Assembly (NCBI GenBank): GCA_973895155.1
Contig: OZ316897.1
Location: forward strand, 7,306,470 to 7,370,469
Direction: 5' to 3'
Source: Marsupella aquatica
Lineage: Eukaryota; Plantae; Marchantiophyta
Length of the DNA: 64,000 bases
Made by a program: the position numbers and the translations under genes. Positions 36,070 to 47,799 of this stretch are shown here, in pieces; the stretch's first letter is position 1; each line of letters starts with the position of its first letter. Under the pieces are notes generated by a model. It made no database searches. It was not told where the DNA came from and saw only the letters and a program-made list of their open reading frames with translations.

Positions 36070-38175
36070 CTAGAGTCGTGCCACCTCTAAATTGAGCTGG
36101 CCAATGCTGTCACGGTGAGTCTGATTCTGCGTCAGCAGTTTGTCTTGCTCGGCGGAGATACTAGCCACTTGCTGAGCCGCCTGCATGAATTGGTTGTTGA
36201 GGTCGGCCAGGTTGGTAACCCAAGCCGAGGACTCTGAGCGTAGCTGAAGCACAGTGTCATCCAGTTTCTTGAGGTCCGCCTGAGCCGTGAGAAACTCTTG
36301 GCTTAGTCCTTTCTGCTGTTTGATGGTGCAGACTAACTCATCACGGCAGGTGGTGGCTGCCTCCTCCAGCTATTCTATTGCCATCTGGAGGCATCCGATC
36401 TTGTTCCTCTTTCCATGAGTTCCTCCTCCAAGCGGTTTACGATCCGGGGTTGGTGCTTTAACATGAAGAAAGCCGGTTGGAAGTATTGCGAGACCTGCTA
36501 TCCGATGTACGCCGCTAGTTCCCCCGACAAGTTTTGGCTAAACTTCTGGACCAGGTCATGGGCTACGGTTCCAGAGACTACATGGTAGTCTTTCGGGCAG
36601 AGGTGCATCCTCGGTCAGGACGACGACTTCCTCCATAGTCCGCAATGGGGGAGGGACAGGTTCTTCAAGTGGCGGTGGAATTGGAGGTGGTTGCATTGGG
36701 GGTAGCGGAGGCTCAGCGATGGGGAGTGGCAGAGGTGTAGTCCACGGTGCTGCGGGTTTGGGGTTTACCCGAGATGTGGTAGTCCGGTCACTCGGTGCAG
36801 TAACTTTGGGCATGGGGGTGACGCTAGCTAGTTGGGGTTGAGGTGGCCATATTCTTTCCTTTGGCCTCCCGCCGTGCCTTGTACCAACCTAGGATGATGG
36901 CAATGTGACTCCCTAGATAGGTCTTTCCCCCGATAGGCATACATGTTTGAGCCCGCTTAAGCTTCCCCAGGAACCGGCGGCTGAAGAATTGGGCCCAATT
37001 TCGTCGCTTGTACTATTCCACCTGTACAATTGTACAAAGGGAGATCTCGGACCTTGGTTCGTTCATGTGTAGGGTAGTTCGTATGAAGTTTATCAGCCCC
37101 ATACAGACTAAGTTGGTACTACTTATACCCGTTGTCCATCTTGCCCTTGGGTTTGAAATGCCAAGGTGTATAATCCTTATCCTAGATCCAAAGTTCAACC
37201 AACACGGGCCCGGTTGGCAAACAAAAGATTTGCGCCAATCGATACTCCATAAGTGATAGGGTCTGCCCCAATACCTTGGTGGCAGGCGCGTCAATGTCAA
37301 AATTGGAGATAAAATCATAGACCTCCCTTGGCTCGGCAACATTAGGCCTCCATAGTAAATGAGCAAACTACTCCAACTGATGCTTAAGGTAGTCCGCATG
37401 GTCCAGTTTCTTGATTGCGGACCAGACTACCTTGGGGACGCGGATTACCTGCAGCAGGTTTGGCTGTTGATGGTTGGAGGGCCGTCGGGTTGGCCGGGGC
37501 AGGAGTGGGTAAAGGGGCAATGTTAGTCTACGTAGTCTGCTCTGGACCTGGCGTATTCCTTGTCCGCTTATGGGAGCGTTGCTCTAGTTGCGGACTAACG
37601 CGTCCCTTGGAACTTGAGGAACACTTGGTATTGTTCACCAGACGGACTTGGGTCTGGTTCAAGGGTACGCCAGTAGTCGAAGTAATAGGCCGAGTGACTG
37701 GGGGCATTGACGGGGTATCCATATCCCAGTTGAAGGCGTTTGAGCTTTCCCCAAGAAATGTGAGATTACGCGCCGCTTCCCATTGTCTACTGATGTCCTC
37801 TTTGCGCCTCTCGGCCACAATCTGTTGCTCGATGTAACCCGGGATTTTTTCAAACTCCACTTGAGTCAGCTTCTGACCGCCCTTTAGCCTAAAGAACTTC
37901 ATAGGGACCTTGAGAATTGCTTATGCTACTGATCTAAATCCCTCCTCGTTGATGTACAACTCGGTAATGTAGTCCCATAGCTCATTGTAGTTGGAATCCC
38001 TGGTAAGCGCTGCCTTCTCAGAGTTAATCTGTGCTACCTTGGCCACCAATTTTGCGTATCTTTGTTTGTAGGAGGCTTTCTCGGGGCAAGAATACCAATA
38101 AGTTTTGGAGAGCTTAGCGCCTACCTCGCCAAACAAGGTCCAAAATCCAAGAGCTATAAGGGTCATACTAACCAT
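36070..38175 (-). pseudogene. Disrupted accessory ORF set homologous to 11286-13896
   Basis: DFISNFD..TKVLGQTLSLMEYRLAQIFCLPTG..KGKMDNGY..LHMNEP aligns with EFIKNYD..LSLIEERLKMIFGLPEG..KGSVDNGF..LHMMEP; a Pro-rich linker and coiled coil follow. Confidence 0.65.
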
Positions 38176-38828
38176 CGTAGTCCGGTTGTTGAGTCTGCTC
38201 CCCCGGCCTCCTTACTTTTGGGAGTCGACAGTCCCCTAATTGCTTGTGAAGACCTTCCCCGCCCCGACTAATCTCATCACAATACGCACTTAACCCTTGA
38301 TATTCTTTGATAAAATTGAGCTTGATTAAGGCAAAATGCGACAGCAACTGGCAACGTCCACAAATCCTCGAAAGTGCGAAGGGGCAAATAGGATATCGCA
38401 CCATTGACTGGGTTCTTATGGGGGCGCCAAGGCCGTTAGTCATTATTAATTGCTTGAGGTTGGACGTCTCGGTCCAAGCGTGAAACCCTAACAGATTTTT
38501 ACTCCGCCGCCGCCACCGTACCGTGGGTGATCATAATAACGTGCATCGTATCTCCTAATTATTAAGTCAGCTATCCTATTCCTAGTCTATTCATAATTGC
38601 AAAGATGGCTCTACGCACTATTCTACCATGCGGTGTCGTGGGGATTCCTTTTAGAAGGCTAGAATCCATATTGTGTTATTTGAGTTTATGTGAAGAGGGT
38701 TTTACTTAAAAGCTTCATAGTAGTACTATTAGAGCATATATGTTATATTCTATATCTAGTGTGTACATTCTACAATGGTATACAGTAGTTTCACCATTTA
38801 CGCATAGTAGTTTTATAAACTAGATGCA

Positions 38829-39116
38829 TACTAATTCCACCAACTACGCATAGTAGTTGCACCAATTACGCATAGTAGTTGCACCAACTACGTATAGTAG
38901 TTGCACCAATTACGCATAGTAGTTTCACCAACTACGCATAGTAGTTGCACCAATTACGCATAGTAGTTTCACCAACTACGCATAGTAGTTGCACCAATTA
39001 CGTATAGTAGTTTCACCAACTACGCATAGTAGTTGCACCAATTACGCATAGTAGTTCCACCAATTACGCGTAATAATTCCACCAACTACGCACAGTAGTT
39101 CCACCAACTATGAATA
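38829..39116 (+). repeat. 22-bp tandem array in LTR U3 (about 13 units; about 9 units at 46217-46416)
   Basis: Unit TAGTAGTT(G/T)CACCAA(T/C)TACGCA, no spacers. Confidence 0.93.
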
Positions 39117-39416
39117 GTACTAGCACACTTATAGGAGCTTGATGCTTGCCACTTGGCTTCCATCCAAGGGTCAAGGCATCGATCCATGCCCTCTTGGAAA
39201 ACACAAAGGGGCACTATAAATAAAGTGAAGAGGAACACACTCTCTTCATTCGCATTGTTTGATCTATCGTGTTGGACTTGCAACACTGTAAGGAACTCTT
39301 CCCCTCTTGTGCACATGTCTTGTTTATTATTTACCTCCATGCTTGGGTACTAACTTGATTGTTAGCCTTAGAACTATTTTATATTTTATGTTTATTAGTC
39401 TTGAGATCAATTTAGT

Positions 39417-39659
39417 ATGCTTGTAATGAATAATATGATAAATGGAGTACCTAGAGTTTATCCCCCACCTGCTGTGTCATTTTTCAATCCTTTTTTAATT
39501 AGAATTCATTGTCTTAGCAAGTATACCATGAGAATGCATCTTTTTTATCATTTTGGGTTTGAGTTAATGGAAACAGTTATGAATAGCGATGCACCATTTG
39601 TATACCCGATTGTTGTTTATGGAAATGAATGGAATGTAACTATTTTTATTTTATATTAG
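39417..39659 (+). CDS. LTR-encoded small protein, paralog 1 (80 aa)
   Basis: Aligns with 39660..39905 (IR..C..K...R..L...[FY]G.E, then P 11 residues later, hydrophobic C-terminus). Confidence 0.5.
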   Translation: MLVMNNMINGVPRVYPPPAVSFFNPFLIRIHCLSKYTMRMHLFYHFGFELMETVMNSDAPFVYPIVVYGNEWNVTIFILY

Positions 39660-39905
39660 ATGGATTTTAATAGACAATCTGTAAATGTACCGGAGTTAGA
39701 TTTGAATAGGCTTCTTAATAATGTGTCTGATTTTCCTTCATCTATTGACATTAGAGTGGTATGCCGTAAGAAGGTTGATTGTAGAGATGTTTTAGTTAGA
39801 AAGTATGGAGATGAAAGATACAATGTTATACTTAGGATGCCAGAGCCTGTGATTATATCATCTATGGTAAATCTTAAGATCATAGTCTTTGTTTTCTATA
39901 ATTGA
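39660..39905 (+). CDS. LTR-encoded small protein, paralog 2 (81 aa)
   Basis: Ungapped protein-level homology to the LTR ORFs of element B (KVD.R.VL..K[YF]..E.Y..I.....P.I). Confidence 0.65.
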   Translation: MDFNRQSVNVPELDLNRLLNNVSDFPSSIDIRVVCRKKVDCRDVLVRKYGDERYNVILRMPEPVIISSMVNLKIIVFVFYN

Positions 39906-40362
39906 CTTATCTAATTGTAGGATTCGTTGGAAATTGCAATCTATGACTTGACTTGGGAAGTAAGTTATGTGGAAAGAGGATAGGCAGATTCGAGGCTTAG
40001 TGTGAGGAAGCCGCTCATCGTAGAGTGGGACAAAGGCTGTGAGAGATATTTTAGAGGATAACGGTGAGAAAAATTGATCGACATAGGGGATCGCAAGGAT
40101 AATGTGAGGTGAGAAAAGACATATTTTGGAAAGGTTTCTTCCAAGATAGGAAAAACAAGAGCTCGGTGCTTCCCAAGAACTAAAGATTCCCCGACATAAG
40201 TGGTGACCATACTGGGGAACTCTTGGGGCCTATTTTTGGAAAAAAAAGGAAGTATTGCATTACTAGAAGAGGCTAACTTGCTTTACTAGACAATTGGTCT
40301 AGAGACACCTAGGTGGTGGGCGCCTATTCATTGCGAGAGAGTAAACAAGTTGATATATAGCA

Positions 40363-42583
40363 ATGCCTAACAGTACTGACATGGGAGACTCAAGTATGTC
40401 CCCCAACACTATGGACATGGATACCATGTCTAGAATGTTGTTAACTTTGATGCAGAGTATGAAACAAACCGATACAGCAGAAAATCAAAAGAGAGAGCAA
40501 GCACATTGTGCAACAAGGTGCTTGAGGAAGGTTCTTGAGAAGAATGGGCAATTTGATGGTCGTAATGTAACTCGTTACATGAAGACCTATTGGCAAGAGG
40601 CTACTATTGAGCAACTTTCAGAAGAGGTTGCAATTCGTCAATTTACAACATTGGTGGAGCCAGAATTAAAAGGGATCGTTGATGCCATAGTTCTTGAGGC
40701 ATCAAAAGACAAGACATGGAGGTGTTTTGAGAAATGCATGAAGGAGGAATTCCAATTGGAGGATGCTGATCGAATTACACAAGTGACATTTTGTGATTGG
40801 GTCCATGAGAGGAACAAGAAATTGGGGCCACAAGAACTATTGCGAGAGTTCAACAAGAAGTTCAATCAACTTCATCCGGATGCAGAGGTGTACTCTATTT
40901 CTTAGAGCTGCAGATGAGAAACTAAGGGATGAGTTGGAGAATGCTTTGGATCTAATTGATCCAGATCGTACTGACTCTTCTACAAATTGGGAGAACATTG
41001 AGAAGGCAGTGATGAAGGTAAGTCATCGACATAGAAAAAGAGACTTGGATCAAGAGGCTATCAGTGGAGTTCCAAGTCAAACCAAAACATCAATCACTAC
41101 AAGGATGGATAATACTACTAGTGGGGGTGAGAAGAAGGAGATCAAGTCCACAGCACAAGAAGGCAAAGGAGGAGCAGTTGAAGAGCTTGCTGATTTGATG
41201 AGGAACTTGACCATTCTTACAACCCAAGTTCTAAACCAGACGCAAGCAACCAAGACTACAACAACAACAAATCGCACATGGAATTGCATGTGGTGTGACA
41301 GCAAGGAGCATAGAAGAAATGATTGCACTGAACTTTCTGCAACACTTCGAAATCGACTTGTGAAGTTTGTTGGTGAGCAAGGACAAAAGAAGCTTGCATA
41401 CTACAACACTGAGGAACTTATACCACTCAACAATAATCGTGGAGGGATGAGAGCCTTAGTGGAGAAAAAGTTGGCAACAGAAGGAGTAGACACAGCAGCA
41501 ACTGTAATCGAGCCTAACGTTTTTGCTGCAACAAGTTGTTTTTCAAAAAAGGTACTTGATGAGACAGGAAAGAAAAAGCTTGTTGACTACATTCATCAAC
41601 AAACTGGATGGGATGCTCCTGTGTTAATAGACCCAATTACTGCAGAAGTTGGAGCTACATGGGAAGCAAGAGTGGAGGACAAGCGCAAAACTCCTTCAAG
41701 TGATGAGCCAAGAGGAAAGATGCCAAGAAGAGAAACTTCAGATTCACCAATGGAGGAAGAGAAGAAGAATGAGAAGTCAACCAAAAAGGGACCTGGGTGG
41801 ATACTAGGCCGTGATGTGGAACAAACAATTGAACCAGAGAGAATTGCTGATAAGTTTTGGAAGCAAGAAGCCCGTGGTTTTACAAATGAGGAGTTCTTTG
41901 GGAGTTTGAGGAAAGACATACAAGAAGCAATTCTTACAAGATCAAAGAAGAAACGTTTTTACAAAGAGGGTCCTCATGCTCTAGCTGGAGAGATGGAGGA
42001 TTCAGACAATGAAGGAGAAACTAAGAGCGTGAGCATTTGTGCAGTACAAGTTGAAGACAACAAAGTTGAGGTAGATTCCTATCATGCTAAATCTATAAAA
42101 GAAATGGAGTCATATTGGGCAAGAGCTTGTGATGAAGTTGAGGTGGAGCTGATTGGAGTCAAAGGTCCTATCAAGGCACTTATTGATTCAGGATCAGAGA
42201 TGAATCTAATGTCAAGGGAGCTCTACAACCAAGGAAGGTGGAAGGTGGATCGAGACATCCAATGGAAGGTGAAATCAGTGAATGCAAATCACAATTCTTT
42301 GTGGGGAGCTTGTCCTGATGTGAAGCTTAAGGTAGGAAATGTGCTTGAAGACATCAATGTCTTTGTTCATGATTCCTTACCTTATCCACTTCTTCCAGGA
42401 CAACCTTTCATTACAGAATGGAGACTAGAGACTAAGGTTCTTGATGATGGCACTCATATGGCCAAAGTTAAGAGTAAGGATAATCTTCGTGTTATCCAAT
42501 TTCCAACAGTTCGCCCGGATCATGTGAGAAATAGGAAGGAGCTAAGAGCAAGTGAAGAGATGAAGGACCAAGAAAATTTCTGA
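40363..42583 (+). pseudogene. Gypsy gag-protease (one frameshift near 40880)
   Basis: FDGRNVTRY gag motif, CMWCDSKEHRRNDC zinc knuckle, ALIDSGSEMNLM protease. Confidence 0.9.
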
Positions 42584-45500
42584 TTGGCATCCCGTTAATG
42601 AGGGTGAGCAGGCAGGATGCCAATGTGAGTGACTCACCAAACATAAGATTTTCCTCGTCTTCGTTTGTAGCTATAGGGAGAGATAGAGAGGTTTCATATA
42701 TGCAAGTTAGAGAGGCATCAAGAAAATTGAAAAAGAGAATTGAAAGAAGTAAGGCTATGTTAGTTAGTCAAGGTGTTATGGATTTAAGTGATAACATGAG
42801 GGTGTGCTAGATGAACAAGGTTGTTGTCTCACTTTGCAGCAAGTTATAGTAGATTTGAATGATGGAAAGGGTGAGATAGAAGTAGGCCCATTGCTATATC
42901 AGCATATAGAAGAGTTGGTTGAGGTGAACACAAAGTACAAGACAATAGATAAGAAGGTTAGACCAGCAGCCACACCTCTACCAGCTAATGCAAGAGATAT
43001 TTTAAGAAGTGCTAGCAAGGAGCCTAGTTTGAGAGATAAAAGAAAAATTGGACATACATTCACAGAAGATACTTTGAACCAATTGCAAATTGGTGATGAT
43101 GGACTACTTACCATGATCGAGAAGGAGGCATTCAAAAAGATGATCAAAGAGCATGGGAGGGCATTTTCCTTTTCTATGGAGGAGATAGGATGTGTGGATC
43201 CACAGAAGGTAACACCAATGGTTATTTTTACAGTTCCACACATACCATGGGATTTGAAGCCAATTTCAGTTCCAAGAGCACTAACACCAAAGTTGATAGC
43301 ATTGTTGAAAGAGAAGTTAGATGCTAAGATACTTGAGAGATCAGATGCACCATACTCCAATCGGTGGTTCACAGTGCAGAAGAAGAATGGGAAGCTACGT
43401 TTCATTCAAGACATGCAGCCACCAAACAAAGTAACAATTCGGAATGTTGGAGTTGGACCTATGGTAGACGAGTATGCTGAAGACTTTGCTGGGAGGGCCA
43501 TCTATTCCATTGGAGACTTGTACTCAGGGTATGATCAATTCCAACTTTCTCAAAGTAGTAGGGATATCACCACCATGAGAACTCCACTTGGACTTTTGCG
43601 TATGTGCACCTTGCCACAAGGTGCTACTAATTCTGTCGCACATATGCAAAATGCTATGAACAAGATTTTGGAGTCTTTCATTCCACAGAAATCTAGACCA
43701 TTCCTTGATGATATGCCAATCAAAGGATGTTTGGAAGAACTCAAGGATGAGACACTTCGAAAGGATGGGATACGTCAATTTGTTTGGGAACACATGAAGG
43801 ATGTAGGGGCTATACTAAAGAAGTTGATTGAGGTAGGAGTTACACTCTCAGGGGAAAAATCAGCATTTGGCTTGAGAGAAGTCAAAGTGGTTGGGCAGAT
43901 GTGTGGGCCCTATGGAAGAAAGCCAAGTAAGGAGAAGGTGGAATCAATCAGCCAAATGGAGGATTGTCAAACAACTTTAGAGGTACGAAGGTTTCTAGGA
44001 GGTTGTATCTTCTACAGAATATGGATACCACATTTTTCACATGTTTCACATCCATTATATGGCTTGCTTAAGAAGAATGTAAGATTTATATGGAAAAGTG
44101 AACATGTAGAAGCAATGCAACACTTGAAAGAAGCTTTGTTAAGTCCACCTGTGCTTCGCCCATTGAAGTATGATGGTGTACATCCAATAGTTCTTACAAT
44201 AGATGCGAGTCCATATGGAGCAGGATGGGCATTGGGACAAGATGATGATGATGGGCATAGAACAGCTGCTCGTTTTGGAGCAAAGATCTTTAACGAAAGA
44301 CAACAGAAGTATCCGCAGATAAAGAGAGAGCTTTGGGGAGTAAAACTAGCACTTAGGCAAGAGAGAGATTACTTGATAGGAGCTAACATGATTCTAGAAA
44401 CTGATTGCTTACCCTTACTTGGGATGATTATAAACTGTGATACTCCCGACATTGCTATGCTTAGGTGGATAGCTTTTATCCAAATGTTTAATCCAGAACT
44501 GAAGCACATAACTGGAAAAGATAATCCAGTGGCTGATATGTTGTCAAGAGCTAGATATAAATCAGGCAAGCATAGTATTGAGTGTTCACATGGTGAGATT
44601 GAGGAACAAATTAAGGAGTTGTTATTCTATGAAGATCTATATTCAGGAGAGTTGCTAGTTATAGGACGTTATTTGAGTACATTGGAGAGAGACACTAGAT
44701 GGAGTGATGAAGAATTCAGCAAGATTCGAAAGAAGGCTTACAAGTTCTTGGTTCGAGATGGATACTTATGGAGGCGTCCAAAGGCAAGGAGTCAAGTACC
44801 TCTGAGAGTGCTTGATACTGAGGGAGAGAAAGTTCAAGTATTACAAGAGGCACATGATCTTGAAGCAGCAGGGCAACGTGGAGTTCAGGCTACATATGAA
44901 AAGTTAAGAAGATTCTACTGGTGGGCTGGAATGTATGTGGATGTTCGAGAATATGTTGGATCTTGTGAGATTTGCCAATACTACTCAAAGATTCAACATA
45001 GAGATGGCTTGAACCCGACACATCCTCTATCTTTACATTTTCAATGGGGTATAGATATCGTTCATATGCCACCAGGGATTAGAGGTGCAAAATATTTAGT
45101 GTTAGCTAGAGAAGACTTGTCTTCGTATGTGGAAGGGAGGGTATTATCTTCTAACAAGACTGAAGCCATATGCAGGTTTGTGTTAGAAGATATCATTGCT
45201 AGACATGGATGTTTTAGGCGCATGAGAGCTGACCGTGGAGAGTTAGATAGCAAAGAGGCAAAGGCATTCTTCAAGAAATTTCATATCCGCTTAAAGCTAA
45301 CTACATCTTACAATCCAGAAGCAAACGGCAAGAGTGAGAGAGGTCATCTACCAATTGTGCATGCCTTAGTCAAATCATGCAAGGGAAAGGCATCAAGATG
45401 GCCAGACTTACTACCTTTAGCTCTATTAGCAGATACAATGACTTGTAGTTTGGTGACAGGATATGCACCGGCAGAATTAGTGAGTGGGCATCTACCTTTA

Positions 45501-45964
45501 ATGCCATTAGAGGAGAATGTTTTTAGTTGGAGGACAGTTGACTGGGAAGATCAGATATCACATGAAGAGCTACTTGCAAGGAGGATGGAACATTTCCAAA
45601 CAACTCCAGAAAAGATTGACATTGCAATGGAGAAAGTGAAGCAAGCACGAGAGAAGAATAAGGTCAGATTTGATAAGACTCATCGATTGAGACCTATTCA
45701 AATCAAAGAAGGAGATTGGGTTTAGGGTTTATTGCAGAAGGAGGGTTGGAGCAACAACATTCGACAAAAGCTAAGTTTATGAGAAGATGGAGAGGGCCAT
45801 TTGTGGTTATTACTATTCACCCAAATGCAACATACACAGTTCAAGAGTTAGATGGAGCAATTCATCAAGTTCCTTATGCAGGCAAGAGGGTTAAGCTTTT
45901 CAAACAACGTTTGAAATTTCATTTACAAGATGTGTATGATTTGAGTGATGTAGAGGACTTTTGA
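42575..45964 (+). pseudogene. Gypsy RT-RNase H-integrase (stop at 42808, frameshift near 45722)
   Basis: DLYSGYDQF, LPQGATNSVAHMQ, PFLDDMPIKG, IDASPYGAG, NPVADMLSR, YNPEANGKSERG, RWRGPF. Confidence 0.95.
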
Positions 45965-46778
45965 AGCTGGGTCATAAGGTTGGTGCAGACCGGAGGCTGC
46001 ACAGGTTTAGTGGGGGTGATATATCGTGGGGATTCCTTTTAGAAGGCTAGAATCCATATTGTGTTATTTGAGTTTATGTGAAGAGGGTTTTACTTAAAAG
46101 CTTCATAGTAGTACTATTAGAGCATATATGTTACATTCTATATGTAGTGTGTACATTCTACAATGGTACATAGTAGTTCCACCATTTACGCATAGTAGTT
46201 TTACAAACTAGATGCATAGTAGTTGCACCAATTACGCATAGTAGTTTCACCAACTACGCATAGTAGTTTCACCAATTACGCATAGTAGTTTCACCAACTA
46301 CGCATAGTAGTTGCACCAATTACGCATAGTAGTTGCACCAACTACGCATAGTAGTTGCACCAATTACGCGTAATAATTCCACCAACTACGCATAGTAGTT
46401 CCACCAACTATGAATAGTACTAGCACACTTATAGGTGCTTGATGCTTGCCACTTGGCTTCCATCCAAGGGTCAAGGCATCGATCCATGCCCTCTTGGAAA
46501 ACACAAAGGGGCACTATAAATAAAGTGAAGAGGAGCACACTCTCCTCATTCGTATTGCTTGATCTATCGTGTTGGACTTGCAACACTGTAAGGAACTCTT
46601 CCCTTTTCCGCAAGGACTTCTAAGCACTTTTGGTACCGAGAGATATGTGTGATCTACTCTAGATAATGGCAATAACACTAGAGTAGTCGGGGCCAGTCCC
46701 ACACTCCACAAATCTCTCATCCAAGTGATAATCTTCTCTACTTGCTTCTATCAACTCTCGGCTATGATCTCTCTTCTA

Positions 46779-46994
46779 TTACACTATTATGAACACACTC
46801 ACATCCCCATCTGTGCATCTATATAGTATTAATGGATCCGACGACGCGATAATTGCAGTGTATCCTTCTTCCTCAAACTTCTGTGTAAGAACCTGCCTAA
46901 TATCTACCTTCCTCTTTACTATCAACTTAATGCTCACCGTAGAATGCAAATTCAGAATCCGTGGACTCTCATTCAAATCAATATTGACATTCAT
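46779..46994 (-). CDS. LTR-encoded small protein (71 aa), 3' LTR copy
   Basis: Intact; homologous to 39660..39905. Confidence 0.65.
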   Translation of the reverse strand: MNVNIDLNESPRILNLHSTVSIKLIVKRKVDIRQVLTQKFEEEGYTAIIASSDPLILYRCTDGDVSVFIIV

Positions 46995-47799
46995 ACTTCC
47001 TATTATGCTTACTAACTAAGAGAGGTTCAACGGCAGAGCCGTCCCTACTTGATCACAGGTTCATGGATATTATATCTATGGTATTGGCGGCATAGCCGAC
47101 CTTGCCAGATTCAAAGCTCCATCTTCAAGGTACTCGAGTGGTGGTAGTGCCTTCCATGACCAAGAATCAAGAAACTTAGAACCCTTCCACCATAGAAACC
47201 GATGGCATAGCCATTCCGTTAGTCCTAGAACCAATGTTCAAGCATTCCTCCAATGCAAATGCACATAATATGCGCTCTATGCACTCTCTATCCTCACACT
47301 CATACACTTGAAATGCTGGAAAATTGACTCCCCTGGAAGGGCGAGCCTCCCTCTTATTATAGTTGGAGCCAGGCCACGCTGGTCCCTTTACAAGAGTATC
47401 CTAGAAGATACTAGAATTAACTCAAACTTATTAGAATTTATTAGAACTTACTTTTTACCAGGTAAATTCTAGAACTCATTTTTTTACCATGGTAAATTCT
47501 AGAAGTTACCAGAATTTACCTTTTTATTATGGTAAATACTAGAAATTACTATTTACTAAGGTAGATTTTAGAAGTTACTAGAATTTATCTTTTTACTATG
47601 GTAAATTCAGAAGTGACTATTTACTATGGTAAATCTTGAAAATTACCATGATTTATAATTTTACTTGGTAAAACCCAAAATCTCTTTTTTACCACAAAAA
47701 TCTCTACTTTTATATTTTCACACAAAACCAAACTATTCTCCATATAATCTAATTCCCTTATGACATTCACCCCCATTGTGCAGCCTCCGGTCTGCACCA

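Larger units (their letters stand above)
19134..38633. mobile_element. Second about 3.75-kb coding solo-LTR-like element (19134-19712 + 35466-38633), split by the CACTA
   Basis: Start TGTCGCGCCAT resembles TGTCATGCCAT at 10415; end GCGGTGTC resembles GCGGCGTCACA at 14400. Homologous minus-strand ORFs are present; the right TSD is not visible. Confidence 0.65.
38634..46603 (+). mobile_element. Ty3/gypsy element A (non-chromovirus, Phygy/Selgy-like), near full length, 3' LTR truncated
   Basis: 5' LTR 38634-40196 (TGTCG..CGACA), tRNA-Arg-like PBS TGGTGACCATACTGGGGA, gag-PR, RT-RH-INT, PPT, 3' LTR 46022-46603. Confidence 0.92.

Noticed and set aside
38829-39116. CRISPR-like array
   Set aside because: Head-to-tail 22-mers without spacers, inside a eukaryotic LTR; no cas genes.
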